The position numbers and the translations under genes were made by a program. A stretch of 21,889 nt of DNA from a virus. Lineage: Duplodnaviria; Heunggongvirae; Uroviricota; Caudoviricetes. Shown here piece after piece: positions 8,199 to 15,495 of the stretch. The notes beneath the pieces are model-generated. The model did not search any database. It saw only the letters and a list, made by a program, of their open reading frames with translations, and was not told the origin of the DNA. How positions within the stretch are numbered: the stretch's first letter is position 1; every line of letters starts with the position of its first letter. The stretch spans positions 128,001 through 149,889 of IMG/VR virus record IMGVR_UViG_3300042988_000374; one strand, written 5' to 3'.

Positions 8199-8513
8199 TT
8201 ACTTTCCCTTGCGCATTACCGGATAGTTTTGTTTATCAGGGCGACCTTCATTGCCATCACTACGATGAGTGCCTTCCTCGACACTCTGCTCATCATCCTG
8301 GAGCGACTGCTTAACCGCACGTGCAACATCTTGTGCCAAGGCAGTTGGATAGTTGTCGCCACCGTAGTTCAACACGTCCATGATGGCAGCATGTACCGTA
8401 CGTTCGTCAGCACGACGAGCCAAGTTAGGATAAATGCGTTCGAATTCACTGTAGATTTCGTTAGCTAGGTCCTCGTTGTCGTTTGATTCTTTAAGGATTT
8501 CGTTGATTCTCAT
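8199..8513 (-). CDS. Hypothetical acidic protein (104 aa) with MRINEILKE leader
   Basis: Start moved to ATG 8513, 1 nt after the upstream stop. Its stop abuts the o-spanin ATG. Internal SVEE|G site. Confidence 0.75.
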   Translation of the reverse strand: MRINEILKESNDNEDLANEIYSEFERIYPNLARRADERTVHAAIMDVLNYGGDNYPTALAQDVARAVKQSLQDDEQSVEEGTHRSDGNEGRPDKQNYPVMRKGK

Positions 8514-8514
8514 A

Positions 8515-9012
8515 TTAAACTTTCTGTTGGGATAATTGGTCGATGCCGATGATGTCTGCCTGTTTAACCACTCGCAGATCATATTTTAATACCATCATAG
8601 TGGTAAAGGCATCATATTTGTCTATTGATTCAAAAAACATTAGTAATGTCGCAACACGGGTGCTGAAGTGATTGTCCGGGAATGTTGAATGTGTACCATT
8701 AGCACGTTGAACACTCCAGCCATCTGGTGTTTTATCTAGTACAGTCATCACTTCTGGATGCTGGAATGACTGCACAGCATTGTTCATCATGCCGTACATG
8801 GCAACTATATATTTTTTATTGGTTACTGGCATGTCACCCGATTGTTGAATGTCTCTAAATTCTGCCAACTTATCGCTGTCATTTGATTCAAATAACGTGT
8901 TGTCAAATAGCAGAGCTTCCGCCAGCGTGATACGCTCCTGAGTAGTTAGACCTGGGAAGTCTGTCCACTGGAATGGCGTCTCATACTTCTTATCTAGCTC
9001 GTGCAACTTCAT
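8515..9012 (-). CDS. Hypothetical protein with MKLHEL leader; paralogue of 7477-7935
   Basis: ATGA-coupled to the i-spanin stop; aligns collinearly by eye with the 152-aa protein. Confidence 0.8.
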   Translation of the reverse strand: MKLHELDKKYETPFQWTDFPGLTTQERITLAEALLFDNTLFESNDSDKLAEFRDIQQSGDMPVTNKKYIVAMYGMMNNAVQSFQHPEVMTVLDKTPDGWSVQRANGTHSTFPDNHFSTRVATLLMFFESIDKYDAFTTMMVLKYDLRVVKQADIIGIDQLSQQKV

Positions 9013-9437
9013 TTAGTGGGCTCCGCTGCACTGTTGTGTGCCTTAATAAATGGTTGTGGGATGACGCATTGACTGTCATATTTGACGACTTCACGGTCAA
9101 TGTATTGTTTGACCACGATTGTTTTTTGTTGTACTTGTGCCTGTTTGCCAGCAACTCGGTCTGTAATCGCCGTATTTGCCTTAGCTGATTGCGCTTCTGC
9201 TCTAGCTAACTTGGCTTCAACTTCGAGGACACGCTCCTGCCATATCTTATTGTCTATGAGTGCACCTTCTAGCAGTATGGAGAGTGCTAGGATGAGCGCA
9301 CCGCCGACTTTAAGTAGGAGAGCATACTGTTTGATAGCTTTTACTCCGCCGAGCGTGGTGCCTACTATAAGTGCCAAGGCACTGGTAATGAGTAGTAGGT
9401 GAATGAACCAGTCTGGAGTGATAGAGAGAATGAACAT
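9009..9437 (-). CDS. Inner-membrane spanin (i-spanin, Rz-like)
   Basis: Two N-terminal hydrophobic segments, an Ala/Glu/Lys coiled coil, and C-terminal YIDREVVKYDSQCVIPQPFIKAHNSAA with a single Cys, typical of Rz-like proteins. Confidence 0.8.
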   Translation of the reverse strand: MFILSITPDWFIHLLLITSALALIVGTTLGGVKAIKQYALLLKVGGALILALSILLEGALIDNKIWQERVLEVEAKLARAEAQSAKANTAITDRVAGKQAQVQQKTIVVKQYIDREVVKYDSQCVIPQPFIKAHNSAAEPTK

Positions 9438-9440
9438 CTC

Positions 9441-9542
9441 TTATTTATCAGCGGAATCGTCCTCGGCAATATCTGGCTGACGGGCGGCTTGTCGTTCGGA
9501 TAATTCCCGTGCAATTTTAACGCTGTGATATTTTTCAGTCAT
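9441..9542 (-). CDS. Small hypothetical peptide (33 aa)
   Basis: MTEKYHSVKIARELSERQAARQPDIAEDDSADK*. ATGA overlap with the upstream stop; fills the intergenic gap exactly. Confidence 0.45.
   Translation of the reverse strand: MTEKYHSVKIARELSERQAARQPDIAEDDSADK
9442..9447 (-). promoter_or_regulatory. Late-type promoter TAAATA heading the spanin operon
   Basis: GATAAATA-AGAG-ATG(9437); same geometry as at 4682-4687. Confidence 0.6.
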
Positions 9543-9874
9543 GTATATTTCAACAGGTAATAGGTGTAGTCAACTTCTTTGAGCCTGGCAGTGATTGCGT
9601 ATTTGATGCCATAAGTTGAGTAGTCGTTGTTGCGATGCCACATGGGTGTCTCTACTGCGTGTTCCATAACCCATGCACCAGCTTCACTTTTTTCCCATTC
9701 CCACATCGGACCACTTGCATACATATCAGGGTCGTCAAGGTCAGATACCGTGAATTGATGCACGACTGAGTTAACCACCCGATGTGCTACATTATCAATT
9801 ACCAAGACACTAGGAGTGATCTCATTAGGGATCATTCCTAGATATCCTCGTTCTGGTGGGAATGAAGCTGCCAT
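9539..9874 (-). CDS. Hypothetical phage protein
   Basis: TAATG-coupled to thyA. Motifs DLDDPDMYA..P..EWEKSEAGAWVMEHA and YTYYLLK. Confidence 0.75.
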   Translation of the reverse strand: MAASFPPERGYLGMIPNEITPSVLVIDNVAHRVVNSVVHQFTVSDLDDPDMYASGPMWEWEKSEAGAWVMEHAVETPMWHRNNDYSTYGIKYAITARLKEVDYTYYLLKYT

Positions 9875-10785
9875 TAGACTGCCATAGGAGCTTTAATTGG
9901 TGGATGACATTCGTAATTGACTAGTTGAATGTCGTCCATGGTGAACTTGTCGATGTCTTTAATCTCTGGGTTTAACCATAAGACTGGTGCCTTCTTTGGT
10001 TCACGAGTCAGTTGTTCTTTAACTTGCTCGATATGATTTTCATAGATGTGAGTATCACCAGTAGATACGATTAATTCACCTACAGCTAGACCACATACTT
10101 GTGCAATCATGTGTGTTAGTAAGGCGTAGCTGGCATAATTGAAGGGGCTCCCAAGGAATGTATCCGCCGAACGCTGGTACATATGGCAACTCAGTCGGTG
10201 ATCTCTGCTAACATGGAATTGACTCATTACATGACATGGAACAAGGCACATCTGATTCAATTCACCTACATTCCAAGCAGAGATAATATGTCTGCGACCG
10301 TATGGGTCCGCTTTGATACCATCAATTAAGTTCTTTACTTGGTCAATCTCTTGTAGCGCAAGACCAGGGCCGCTATGATAGCTATTACCAAAATCGTCAT
10401 AGTATGTTCCTTCATTTTGTTGTGTTGTAGTGCGCCATTTGCGCCATTGTACGCCATAGACTCGTCCTAAGTCTCCTTCGAATTGTGCTCGAGGTTTCCA
10501 ATAAGGTGCAAGCGCATTTGGTGTCCAGATTGTGACTTTACCTTCGCTGGTACCATGTGTGATTTCTGCTAGACGGCGCTCATCTCCGGAGCCTTCCAAA
10601 AACCAAAGCAACTCTGCTTTACACGCATTGAATGCTAGTTTCTTTGTGGTAACTGCTGGGAATGAGTCTGCTAAGTTGAATCGGATTTGTTTGCCGAATA
10701 AGGCGCGTGTGCCTACACCAGTGCGGTCATCTCGTGTTTCACCAGTCTCTAGGACTTCTGTTAATAAATTTAAATAGTTTTGCAT
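9874..10785 (-). CDS. thyA: Thymidylate synthase
   Basis: DRTGVGT, TTKK, ELLWFL, DLGRVYGVQWR, RRHIISAWN, catalytic PCH, YQRSAD..LG.PFN and GDTHIYENH. The Asn in PFN indicates dUMP specificity. Confidence 0.97.
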   Translation of the reverse strand: MQNYLNLLTEVLETGETRDDRTGVGTRALFGKQIRFNLADSFPAVTTKKLAFNACKAELLWFLEGSGDERRLAEITHGTSEGKVTIWTPNALAPYWKPRAQFEGDLGRVYGVQWRKWRTTTQQNEGTYYDDFGNSYHSGPGLALQEIDQVKNLIDGIKADPYGRRHIISAWNVGELNQMCLVPCHVMSQFHVSRDHRLSCHMYQRSADTFLGSPFNYASYALLTHMIAQVCGLAVGELIVSTGDTHIYENHIEQVKEQLTREPKKAPVLWLNPEIKDIDKFTMDDIQLVNYECHPPIKAPMAV

Positions 10786-10791
10786 ACTTAA

Positions 10792-10819
10792 ATTTTAACA
10801 CCAAATAATTAACCGTCAA
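10792..10819 (-). promoter_or_regulatory. sigma70-type promoter for thyA, probably giving a leaderless mRNA
   Basis: TTGACG-16 nt-TAAAAT with extended -10 TG. ATG is 6 nt downstream and there is no SD. Confidence 0.6.
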
Positions 10820-10844
10820 TGCATTTTGGACACATTGACGGTTA
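10810..10844. terminator. Stem-loop with 12-bp perfect arms overlapping the thyA -35; probable terminator for the upstream genes
   Basis: TAACCGTCAATG-N11-CATTGACGGTTA, followed on the minus strand by ATTATTT. Confidence 0.6.
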
Positions 10845-10849
10845 TGGTA

Positions 10850-11149
10850 TCACAGACCTCTGAGTAATTCGTCAGTCTCTGGTTGAATAATCTCTGAGAT
10901 ACCTTCGATATCTAAGATAAACTCTACTGATACTGTCTGACCGTGATATTGCTCTAGCTTATCACTAATTACTGTCTCAACTTCTTCTGAGTCTAGACCT
11001 TGTTCAAATAAGAGTTGAACATTCACAGTTCGCTGGCGTCTGCCTTCCAGTTTCAAGATTAATTTCTTAATCACTTCCACTGGGATACGTTCTTTGGGAA
11101 CATCCTGAATGATATTTTCCCACTTGGTGAACTCGTCTTTATCGAACAT
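10850..11149 (-). CDS. Hypothetical acidic phage protein (99 aa)
   Basis: Start moved to ATG 11149 (MFDKDEF...), which has a GGAG SD. Confidence 0.75.
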   Translation of the reverse strand: MFDKDEFTKWENIIQDVPKERIPVEVIKKLILKLEGRRQRTVNVQLLFEQGLDSEEVETVISDKLEQYHGQTVSVEFILDIEGISEIIQPETDELLRGL

Positions 11150-11189
11150 GTTAACTCCATTCTTCTTGTTGCGGAGTATCATCATGATG

Positions 11190-11861
11190 TTACTCTGCTA
11201 CAGTATTTAGCTTGGAGCTCGTTCTTTTTGCACGGGTCTTCTTTACTGGTTGTGCTGCTGGTGCTGCTGGTAATAACGCCTGAGCTTCGCCACGGAGACG
11301 TTCACTTTCTGCCAATAAACCTTTTGCTTCATTTGCCATACGTTCAGCTTGAGCTAGTAATCCATTAGCGATTGAGTTATCATCTAGCGCACCCATTGAC
11401 ATATCGGTTGATGGTTGTTCGCCGCGCATACGACGAGCAACGTCAGCAGGGTCTTGGAGACCTCTGGAAGCGTCCATCTCTGCCATCTTGCGAACTGCTG
11501 CTTCGCCCTTTTCCATCTCGTCCAAGATGGTGTTTAACTCACTGAGCTTGATTTTAGTATTAGGTGTTGGTGTCATCATGACCAGGTCAGTGTTGACCTT
11601 CTTCATCATGCCTTCATGATGCAGGACCTGAAGAATGATTTTGCCGTCCATGGTATACGAACGATTGAGTTGGTCACCTAAGTCTTTAGCTGATTGACCA
11701 CTTGGACTCTCAATAGCGGTCATCATTGGGTCGTGAATATTTCTGTTGATCAGGTCGGTGTATACTACGATACACATATGTGGTTCGCCTGGTACCTCAC
11801 GGAAGATTACTGCGACTTTGCGGTCGCCCATTTTACCAATGTGTCTGAGGAAGTTTGCCAT
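11190..11861 (-). CDS. Hypothetical phage protein with C-terminal coiled coil and basic tail; probably late-translated
   Basis: Strong SD AAGGAGA; TAAATA upstream; globular N-terminal half, then LLAQAERMANEAKGLLAESERLRGEAQ and KKTRAKR. Confidence 0.85.
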   Translation of the reverse strand: MANFLRHIGKMGDRKVAVIFREVPGEPHMCIVVYTDLINRNIHDPMMTAIESPSGQSAKDLGDQLNRSYTMDGKIILQVLHHEGMMKKVNTDLVMMTPTPNTKIKLSELNTILDEMEKGEAAVRKMAEMDASRGLQDPADVARRMRGEQPSTDMSMGALDDNSIANGLLAQAERMANEAKGLLAESERLRGEAQALLPAAPAAQPVKKTRAKRTSSKLNTVAE

Positions 11862-11869
11862 TTTATCTG

Positions 11870-11911
11870 TCTCCTTGTGTTAGATAATTAAGAGTATTTA
11901 ACACATGGAGA
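11870..11911 (-). promoter_or_regulatory. RBS-sequestering hairpin with embedded late promoter (TAAATA, 11895-11900)
   Basis: mRNA TCTCCATGTGTTA...TAACACAAGGAGA pairs at 12 of 13 positions. The 3' arm contains the SD and TAAATA overlaps the end of the 5' arm. Confidence 0.75.
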
Positions 11912-11927
11912 TACGAGCAAAACTTTT

Positions 11928-12332
11928 TTATTCAGCAAGTCGGCGCAGCGTTTGGTAATTTTCCCATGCCTGCATCACACTCTCATTCGCGGAGTCGGGT
12001 GTAGGCACAACTTCCATCCAAATAGAGTAGTGCATGTCCTCGTGACCATACAATCCGTTGTCTCGGAAGTTCCGTGGTTGATGAATTTTGCCTTCAGCCC
12101 ATAACCATGTTGCCAATTTTTCCACATCTTCCCATTCGAATCCAGTGAAGTCGTAACCACTCCATTGCGCTGCACCTACATTACCATTGTCATAGTAGGA
12201 GCGTACCACAGAGATATAGCGGTCAATGGTAGCTGCGCGAGTGCGTGTGATAATGAGTGCCACGTCTTCAAGGTCGACCTCTTCTTTGAGGATACTTCGA
12301 AGACATCGTCCAAGACTTGTTCCAATTAACAT
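11928..12332 (-). CDS. Hypothetical phage protein
   Basis: SD AAAGG; motifs MLIGTSLGRCLRSI...IITRT, GKIHQPR and AWENY. Confidence 0.8.
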   Translation of the reverse strand: MLIGTSLGRCLRSILKEEVDLEDVALIITRTRAATIDRYISVVRSYYDNGNVGAAQWSGYDFTGFEWEDVEKLATWLWAEGKIHQPRNFRDNGLYGHEDMHYSIWMEVVPTPDSANESVMQAWENYQTLRRLAE

Positions 12333-12341
12333 ATTAAACCT

Positions 12342-12647
12342 TTATGCAGAATCGTAGATGAGGATACCAGATTCCCTGATCTCCTCTTTTGTTTTTGTGT
12401 CATCTTCATTGAATGCTTCCCAAATTTGATCAGCGCTCAACTCGGAATTCACCTGCCATATCTCATGGCTCCTTGAACCAGAAGATGCTGCCGTTACAAT
12501 CATACCGCGTACTGGGTCACCAAGATAATCAATACCGTTTTCCGATTGAAGTAACCGCAGTACCAGTTCTTGATCCCATACGGTGTAATCAAGCACTTGA
12601 TATACTGCGGAGTTACTCCACCAGACTATAAATGTGTGACTAGACAT
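12342..12647 (-). CDS. Hypothetical phage protein
   Basis: TAATG-coupled to the upstream VWA gene; ends IRESGILIYD. Confidence 0.75.
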   Translation of the reverse strand: MSSHTFIVWWSNSAVYQVLDYTVWDQELVLRLLQSENGIDYLGDPVRGMIVTAASSGSRSHEIWQVNSELSADQIWEAFNEDDTKTKEEIRESGILIYDSA

Positions 12648-13930
12648 TATTCCTCGTAATGAGCAGCAACACCAAACTCTTCTTTGAAGCTAGGGTTACC
12701 AAAGATTACCCAGGTCGTGTCACAATAATCCCGATCACCATGACCGCCAAAAAAGTAACCATCAGTAAACACAATCAATCGATTAGGCACAACGCCCTGT
12801 TCTTTAAGATAGTCAAAGATACAGTTTGGATCAGTGCCACCACCGCCACCTGGTACATACTCAGTGATACTCTCAAGGTTCTCAGATGTGAATTCTTGTT
12901 CAGCACTCACACCAGTATCCCATGAGAACACTCGGATTTTATAACCGGCAAATGAATCCATGATACCTTGAATCTCACCAAGGAAGATTTTTAATTCACG
13001 AGTGCCAATTGAACCAGAAGTATCAATCGCAATAGTAACTTCAACTTCTTCACCAGGAGTTTGTCCAGGCATAATAGCATCCATGTGCCAAGAGCGACGA
13101 GACGGGCGCATGAATGAGTAGTCTGTTTTAATGGTAGATGTCAAGTTAGCTTGAATAAGTTCACGCCATGGCATTTTAGGCTGTTCAATATCATCAACCA
13201 TACGAGCGACTTCACCAGGTAGAGAGTGTCCAGCATTCTTAGCAGCTTTAGCAGCGTTAATGATGTTCTCCTTCATCTCCTGACGAAGTTTATCACGCTC
13301 TTCTTGGGACATTTTACCAGGCTTCTTGCCATCAGTGCCATCACCTTCACCATCGTCGTCACCGCCATCTTCCATGTGTTCATCTAACAGCTGGTCAATC
13401 AAGCTATCAAGTGACATCTTAGTGGCATTTTGCATCAAGTCATCATAGATCCAGTCAGCAGCTTTACCATCATACTTGGTCTCGTATAAGCAAGGAACCG
13501 ATGTGATAAACGTGCCAACACGGTGACGCTTCAAATCAGCATTAACTGCATAGTCACAGGCGATGTTCCAGATTTGTGCATCACGATCACCGCGACGATC
13601 CATGTGTGCAAAACACACGTGAAGAATCTCATGACCGACTAGGAATTCAACTTCACCAGCAGACAGGGAGGTGATGAATTTAGCATTGTAATAAAAGTTG
13701 CGACCATCAGTAGCAGCTGTGCTTAACCATTCACTGGCATTGATTAATTTAAGACGAGTGGCTAAGTTGCCAAAGAATGAATGACGGAACAAGAGTCCTG
13801 TTCGCGCAATGATAAGTGCATCACGCGCGGCGTTGTCTTCGGCAGAGGTACTCTTGCCAAGAACATCTGGCATCATCTTATCTTTGTTGGCAGTTGTTTT
13901 TGATTTTGCTTTTGCTTCGATTGTGGTCAT
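12647..13930 (-). CDS. DUF2201-type putative metallopeptidase with C-terminal VWA domain
   Basis: TAATDG, HEILH zinc motif, WNIACDYAVN, acidic Gly linker, PWRELI, RPSRR, MIDAS IDTSGS, GGGGTD and VFTDG. Start moved to ATG 13930 (GGAG SD, promoter upstream). Confidence 0.9.
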   Translation of the reverse strand: MTTIEAKAKSKTTANKDKMMPDVLGKSTSAEDNAARDALIIARTGLLFRHSFFGNLATRLKLINASEWLSTAATDGRNFYYNAKFITSLSAGEVEFLVGHEILHVCFAHMDRRGDRDAQIWNIACDYAVNADLKRHRVGTFITSVPCLYETKYDGKAADWIYDDLMQNATKMSLDSLIDQLLDEHMEDGGDDDGEGDGTDGKKPGKMSQEERDKLRQEMKENIINAAKAAKNAGHSLPGEVARMVDDIEQPKMPWRELIQANLTSTIKTDYSFMRPSRRSWHMDAIMPGQTPGEEVEVTIAIDTSGSIGTRELKIFLGEIQGIMDSFAGYKIRVFSWDTGVSAEQEFTSENLESITEYVPGGGGGTDPNCIFDYLKEQGVVPNRLIVFTDGYFFGGHGDRDYCDTTWVIFGNPSFKEEFGVAAHYEE

Positions 13931-13946
13931 CTGATTCTCCAAAATA

Positions 13947-13989
13947 TGGTATTGTACTCTCACCCGGGTACCTTGTCAAGTGAGAGTAC
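13947..13989 (-). promoter_or_regulatory. sigma70-type early promoter with stem-loop
   Basis: TTGACA(13979-13974)-17 nt-TACAAT(13956-13951)-ACCA. The 10-bp inverted repeat GTACTCTCAC/GTGAGAGTAC (13954-13963, 13980-13989) encloses the -35. Confidence 0.85.
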
Positions 13990-13995
13990 CTTTTA

Positions 13996-15102
13996 TTAAC
14001 GCAAGGAGGCTGCTTTAATAAATTTGCCGTACTTTTCATTAAACTCCGTGAAGTTCTTCATCTTCATTGGATTCATGTTGATGCCATAAGATGTGAGTGC
14101 AGTCTTAGAGCCCATGATAACCAATTCAGTCTCAAAGTTCTTCATCATATAACCAAGGAAGTTATCTACCATCTTCATGAGGTCGTCCGGTTTGACTTCT
14201 GGATTCTTAGACGCATCGCGCAACTCATAGCACATAGCTACAGTGAGTGAGTACATGGCAGAGATTTCTTTAACATCAAGGTCAGTTACTTTACCAGAGA
14301 GGATATCTTCAGCTTTAGGCATACGATCAACGAACTTGCGGTGTGCCATAAACTTGGCAGCAAGACCTTCACCAACAGAGCCGGCGATAAGTGTGAAGAG
14401 TGTGTCGTAGTCAGTGTTGTCTTCATTCTTCAAGAGGTCAGACACAAAGCTCCATGAGCGTGGTGTAGCAAATGCTTTTGAAGATGACTTAGCGTCAAAT
14501 TCATACATATCAGATTTGGCATAAGATAGGTAACCAACAACGTCACGGTGCACATCGTTGTTGAGTGCCCATGATTGCCATGCGGCGAAGTCAGGCTTCA
14601 TTTCGATGTGAACAAAACGGTTAGCTAGTGGCATTGGCATACGGTAAGTAACACCTTTATCAGTGTCACGGTTACCAGCAGCAACGATCACTACGTTGTC
14701 TGGCAATTTGTATTTGCCGATGCGACGGTTAAGGATAAGTTGATAGCCAGCAGCTTGAACTGAGGGAGGTGCGCTGTTCATTTCGTCTAGGAACAGGACG
14801 ACGATTGGGTACTGGGAGGCGAATTCTTCGTCAGGGAGCTCCGCTGGGGCAGCCCAACTCATTTTGTTCTGCTCTTTATCGTAATATGGAATGCCTCGAA
14901 TATCGGTAGGCTCCATTTGTGCCATACGTACATCAAGTACGGCACCGCCTAGTTCCTCGGCGGTTTGTGCCACGATATCAGACTTGCCCACGCCTGGGGG
15001 TCCCCAAATAAAAACTGGTCGTTTTGCTGAGAATGCTGTGAATAGGGCTTTGCGTACTTGAGGGATAGTTACGCTGTGTTGATCTGATACTTTAGAGGTC
15101 AT
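13996..15102 (-). CDS. MoxR-like AAA+ ATPase
   Basis: Walker A GPPGVGKS, EPTDIRGIP, Walker B LFLDEMN, sensor AAGN, Arg finger PLANRF, sensor II TPRSW; adjacent to a VWA gene. Confidence 0.93.
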   Translation of the reverse strand: MTSKVSDQHSVTIPQVRKALFTAFSAKRPVFIWGPPGVGKSDIVAQTAEELGGAVLDVRMAQMEPTDIRGIPYYDKEQNKMSWAAPAELPDEEFASQYPIVVLFLDEMNSAPPSVQAAGYQLILNRRIGKYKLPDNVVIVAAGNRDTDKGVTYRMPMPLANRFVHIEMKPDFAAWQSWALNNDVHRDVVGYLSYAKSDMYEFDAKSSSKAFATPRSWSFVSDLLKNEDNTDYDTLFTLIAGSVGEGLAAKFMAHRKFVDRMPKAEDILSGKVTDLDVKEISAMYSLTVAMCYELRDASKNPEVKPDDLMKMVDNFLGYMMKNFETELVIMGSKTALTSYGINMNPMKMKNFTEFNEKYGKFIKAASLR

Positions 15103-15140
15103 GTTAAATTCCTTTAGTTTGGTTAAGAATGTTTAAGTGA

Positions 15141-15173
15141 TGGTAGTGTATTACAGGTTTTATGGTTTGTCAA
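15141..15173 (-). promoter_or_regulatory. sigma70-type early promoter for the AAA ATPase
   Basis: TTGACA(15173-15168)-17 nt-TACACT(15150-15145)-ACCA. The -35 contains the TGA stop of the upstream gene. Confidence 0.8.
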
Positions 15174-15433
15174 GCGTTTTCAAAAACATACATGGTAACT
15201 GATGGATCCAAACGCTTCAATTCATTAGCGGCAGCTGTCAATGCGCGATAACGTTTTTGAACTTCGGCACGTGGCAATTCACCATCACATGTGAGATTTT
15301 CTGGTGACAGCGCAGCATCGATGCTATCTGCCACACGTTGACGACCTGCGTGTGTGTCGAGCTGGAAGACTTCGCCACCAAAGAGGGCATTCCATTGATT
15401 CTTTTGAGTGATGTGGGCCGTGAGAGATTTCAT
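15170..15433 (-). CDS. Hypothetical early phage protein (87 aa, LSPENLTCDGE motif)
   Basis: Start moved to ATG 15433 (MKSLTAH...), which has a GGAG SD and its own promoter. Confidence 0.85.
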   Translation of the reverse strand: MKSLTAHITQKNQWNALFGGEVFQLDTHAGRQRVADSIDAALSPENLTCDGELPRAEVQKRYRALTAAANELKRLDPSVTMYVFENA

Positions 15434-15459
15434 GTGGTACTCCAGTTTTGTTGCAATAG

Positions 15460-15492
15460 TGGTATTGTAACAGTAAATCGGAATGTTGTCAA
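15460..15492 (-). promoter_or_regulatory. sigma70-type early promoter
   Basis: TTGACA(15492-15487)-17 nt-TACAAT(15469-15464)-ACCA, with extended -10 TG. Confidence 0.85.
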
Positions 15493-15495
15493 ATC

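Noticed and set aside
9874-10785. Possible dCMP hydroxymethylase or base-modification enzyme
   Set aside because: It has Asn in the PFN motif and otherwise canonical ThyA motifs. No modification genes or intron are nearby.
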